From Bugula neritina (taxonomy: Eukaryota > Animalia > Bryozoa): 64,000 nt of DNA. Where the stretch lies: contig OZ037767.1 of assembly GCA_964035545.1 (NCBI GenBank), positions 21,468,628 to 21,532,627 on the forward strand, written 5' to 3'. Made by a program: the position numbers and the translations under genes. This document shows, one piece after another, positions 62,601-64,000 of this stretch (position 1 is its first letter; the number at the start of each line of letters is the position of its first letter). The notes under the pieces were generated by a model. That model made no database searches and was not told where the DNA came from. It saw nothing but the letters and a program-made list of their open reading frames with translations.

Positions 62601-63939
62601 CGAGTTCTCGTGCATCTCCTTCCTTTACTGGCTTTAGTTCTTGTAAATTGTTGAAGACTGCTTGCACACTCATGCTAGGATCGTTGTAGACCTCTTCTAA
62701 TCTACACATCATTCTCTCGTAAGCTTGGGGCTGAGTTGCGAAGATTGGCTGAACCATCTCCAGAGCTTCGCCTGTGAGAAATTTTTTTAATTCACAAGCC
62801 CTATCGACATCATCGTAAAACATAGTGGCATACCTTAGCCACACTGACCTAAATTCCGGCCAATGGTATCTGGTGCCGTTAAATGGCTTGGGTTGTGAAT
62901 GAGTTTTATGTATAGATGAACTGAAGTTATTTCCACCTGTATGTCTAGAGTCATAACTTATTTGACTAGTTCCATTAGGGTAGCTATCATATGCATCGAC
63001 AACCGAGGAAGTTGCGCCGCGGATTAAAGACTCAGAATGAGCTGCACGATCAGGACTACCATGTAGATCACGTACTGAGAACGTAGAATAACGAACATCT
63101 CTGACATTGGTACTTGCTATGACACCTGGATTTGATGCCAAAGCTTCACCGGATGTGTGATCTTCCCATAGTACCTGCCTATCACTACCGCTTGCTGTGA
63201 TACCTGGATTTGGTGCAAGAGTAGCCTCATGTGTGCTAGGCTGTGATCTAGGAGGAAACAACCGACTCGACGCTACCATAGTCGGTGCATGACTCGCGTC
63301 GTCTGAAGGTGACCCCCCACCCATACCGCTCTCCGCGAGACCGGACCGGACCACGGACGGATCAGATTCACGGTGTTCAAAATTCATGCTCTGTGACTGA
63401 GCCCTTGACATAAGAGTAAACTTAGACATACGATAATCTAAAGATAAAATAACTTCATCTAGTTCTAATAATAAATCAGAAAAACCTATGGTATCTGCCA
63501 AACTTTCTGAAAGAGCTACACATTTCCTATGATGTTCAGTGATAAGAGTATTGTCAGTACAATCAGTGACTAATCCATTGGCTTTCTTAATCGCTAAAAT
63601 AAGGCTGTGCTTGATTTTATAGAATTTGCTATGCCAAGTATTACAGTCAGAAATAGCTTTGTCATAACTAGCCTTTACAGTTTGATAGTACTCTACTGGA
63701 CTCATCTTATTAACATAAGCAATGTCTTCCATAGACTCATCTGATGAAACGTATTCCAAAAAGTCATAATGGATAGTTAGAAACTCTTGATATGTAGATT
63801 CAAGCTGAGATCGCAGGCATTCCACTTGTGTAGAGTTGCTACTAGAGATTGCTGATTCTATGAGATTAGTTAGCATTGTTACCTTAGACCTCAGAGTAGT
63901 ACGTTGCTTCTTGAGATTAACTATGTCCTGTCGGTCCAT
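59686..63939 (-). CDS. BEL/Pao Gag-PR-(no RT)-partial RNase H-partial IN polyprotein
   Basis: Uninterrupted frame. The first ATG downstream of the LTR is at 63939 (MDRQDIV). No YxDD/RT motifs and no integrase DDE core beyond the first Asp. Confidence 0.85.
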   Translation of the reverse strand: MDRQDIVNLKKQRTTLRSKVTMLTNLIESAISSSNSTQVECLRSQLESTYQEFLTIHYDFLEYVSSDESMEDIAYVNKMSPVEYYQTVKASYDKAISDCNTWHSKFYKIKHSLILAIKKANGLVTDCTDNTLITEHHRKCVALSESLADTIGFSDLLLELDEVILSLDYRMSKFTLMSRAQSQSMNFEHRESDPSVVRSGLAESGMGGGSPSDDASHAPTMVASSRLFPPRSQPSTHEATLAPNPGITASGSDRQVLWEDHTSGEALASNPGVIASTNVRDVRYSTFSVRDLHGSPDRAAHSESLIRGATSSVVDAYDSYPNGTSQISYDSRHTGGNNFSSSIHKTHSQPKPFNGTRYHWPEFRSVWLRYATMFYDDVDRACELKKFLTGEALEMVQPIFATQPQAYERMMCRLEEVYNDPSMSVQAVFNNLQELKPVKEGDARELVKMANAVESSYSQLGEVGLLQTVTLPQVDTLANLLPTSIRRDWDRHFHSLTHEERIKPFPHLMRFLEQEQQIALRRIETVNPQSSSMHKQKVKAFHTESSGPKSSSNRSTNNSKIIDSENYCFIHRSERHCLVECRNFLALSVDERYKLIKTNSLCVRCLGAHEPKRCPNFRTPCPVCDKTTHHVLLCIKSAETNTHTNCNTNNKVKADQIKHKSNENSEASAVSTTVRVSPNHGAHNHPANATIFAIQQAQVVGTSHTAIIFFDGGSNASFISERAAKAWGARQIDKVNLEMNTLGEHEVSETSTIYEVKLQTPKGRTFAILAYSLRKLTGAINRPLDANILGSLFPKVDTHKLLKKTGPIDLLIGNDLLGLHPKHQVDQAGPHLYVYSGPFGLCVQGSHPALSNFSTLPSSSFHVQATMTHEKLEEVEFSQSIHIDTLNSCDLDLSTASSPAYSVNSIDASPSQFAKSFSRPQAIIDCGESHTIATECCTIEFADDSDPLQSPGDPVTESAEQIGSGQLNRSLEVNESTPMSIEIKRKYEFISSTSITQPTPVSANERAESEVTAKGVNKATAKCRIAPMKQQLKIPQLELNAAVLSKRGRRVIQTEMRYEFEKVYQLIDSETVLKMLQKKSTRFHVYEGVRVGEIQGATNRDMSRWHWVSGKENTADWLTRGKPVNDIGPASEWWRDPNFLYLPENQWDIKSPSDSNELVFGEKKIVYTVTTSTEVQSIIKYENFSSLKSLTWAIARVRNIFKYKSLKGIQPDLVTVTDPRQTKLYLLKHVQCTIDSELNKIKGKYTRLHSIKAESGVWIVGSGLLRHNPMTAIKTHTQSIFPTSHYFTYLAMRQAHINSYHRGRDATLARFREEFWTMQGSKVARGIVTSCQMCGLKQPRFTDQLMGSLPTERLTTGPPFNNVMIDLFDPYIVRGEKQIYSRPNYEVAGKLRDYVGCKDTIITRSVHKLALLTEVDP

Positions 63940-64000
63940 GTCAGCCTCAACAATATTGGTACTGTATCGGTTTGTGCTTTCAGTGTGTGGTTGCAAGATA

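Larger units (their letters stand above)
59295..64000 (-). mobile_element. BEL/Pao LTR retrotransposon, internally deleted; 5' LTR runs off the window
   Basis: The sequence tgtatcggtttgtgctttcagtgtgtggttgcaagata occurs at both 59295 and 63963. A polypurine tract GGAGGGGGTT (minus strand) abuts 59632. The ORF has a DUF1759-like Gag, knuckles, FDGGS protease, AKCRIAP...IPQLELNAAV, WVSGKENTADWLTRG and an HHCC integrase motif. Confidence 0.93.

Noticed and set aside
63940-63996. N-terminal extension of the 1436-aa ORF from a TTG start
   Set aside because: It lies within the LTR/PBS; the first ATG at 63939 is the more plausible start.

Overview
AT-rich, intron-rich invertebrate animal DNA; a lophotrochozoan such as a bryozoan is a guess from style only. 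Seven host genes were reconstructed by hand from splice sites and reading phase. (1) The 3' part of an EVA-1/EVA1C SUEL-lectin receptor (+), whose TGA is followed by 123 more open codons ending in a PDZ-binding motif. (2) A scramblase/Tubby-fold protein with a Pro-rich C-terminus (-). (3) MIIP (-). (4) DJ-1/PARK7 (+), whose 12.8-kb GC-AG first intron is filled with antisense transposon relics. (5) A small protein with a duplicated RYKTQPITFDEIKEVEE motif (-). (6) A 13-exon type II membrane glycosyltransferase fusing a B4GALNT1/2-like domain to a B4GALNT3/4-/CHSY-like domain (+). (7) A 10-exon class I (Fe-S) fumarate hydratase with a mitochondrial-type presequence (+). Mobile DNA includes tRNA-derived SINEs, APE-type LINEs, P/THAP9, Gypsy, R2-like, Harbinger, hAT and Penelope relics. 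A BEL/Pao LTR element at the right end lacks RT, and its PBS is complementary to its own LTR rather than to a tRNA, suggesting self-priming. Many introns are filled by private minisatellites that start at, or duplicate, splice donors. Family assignments come from remembered motifs, not database searches.
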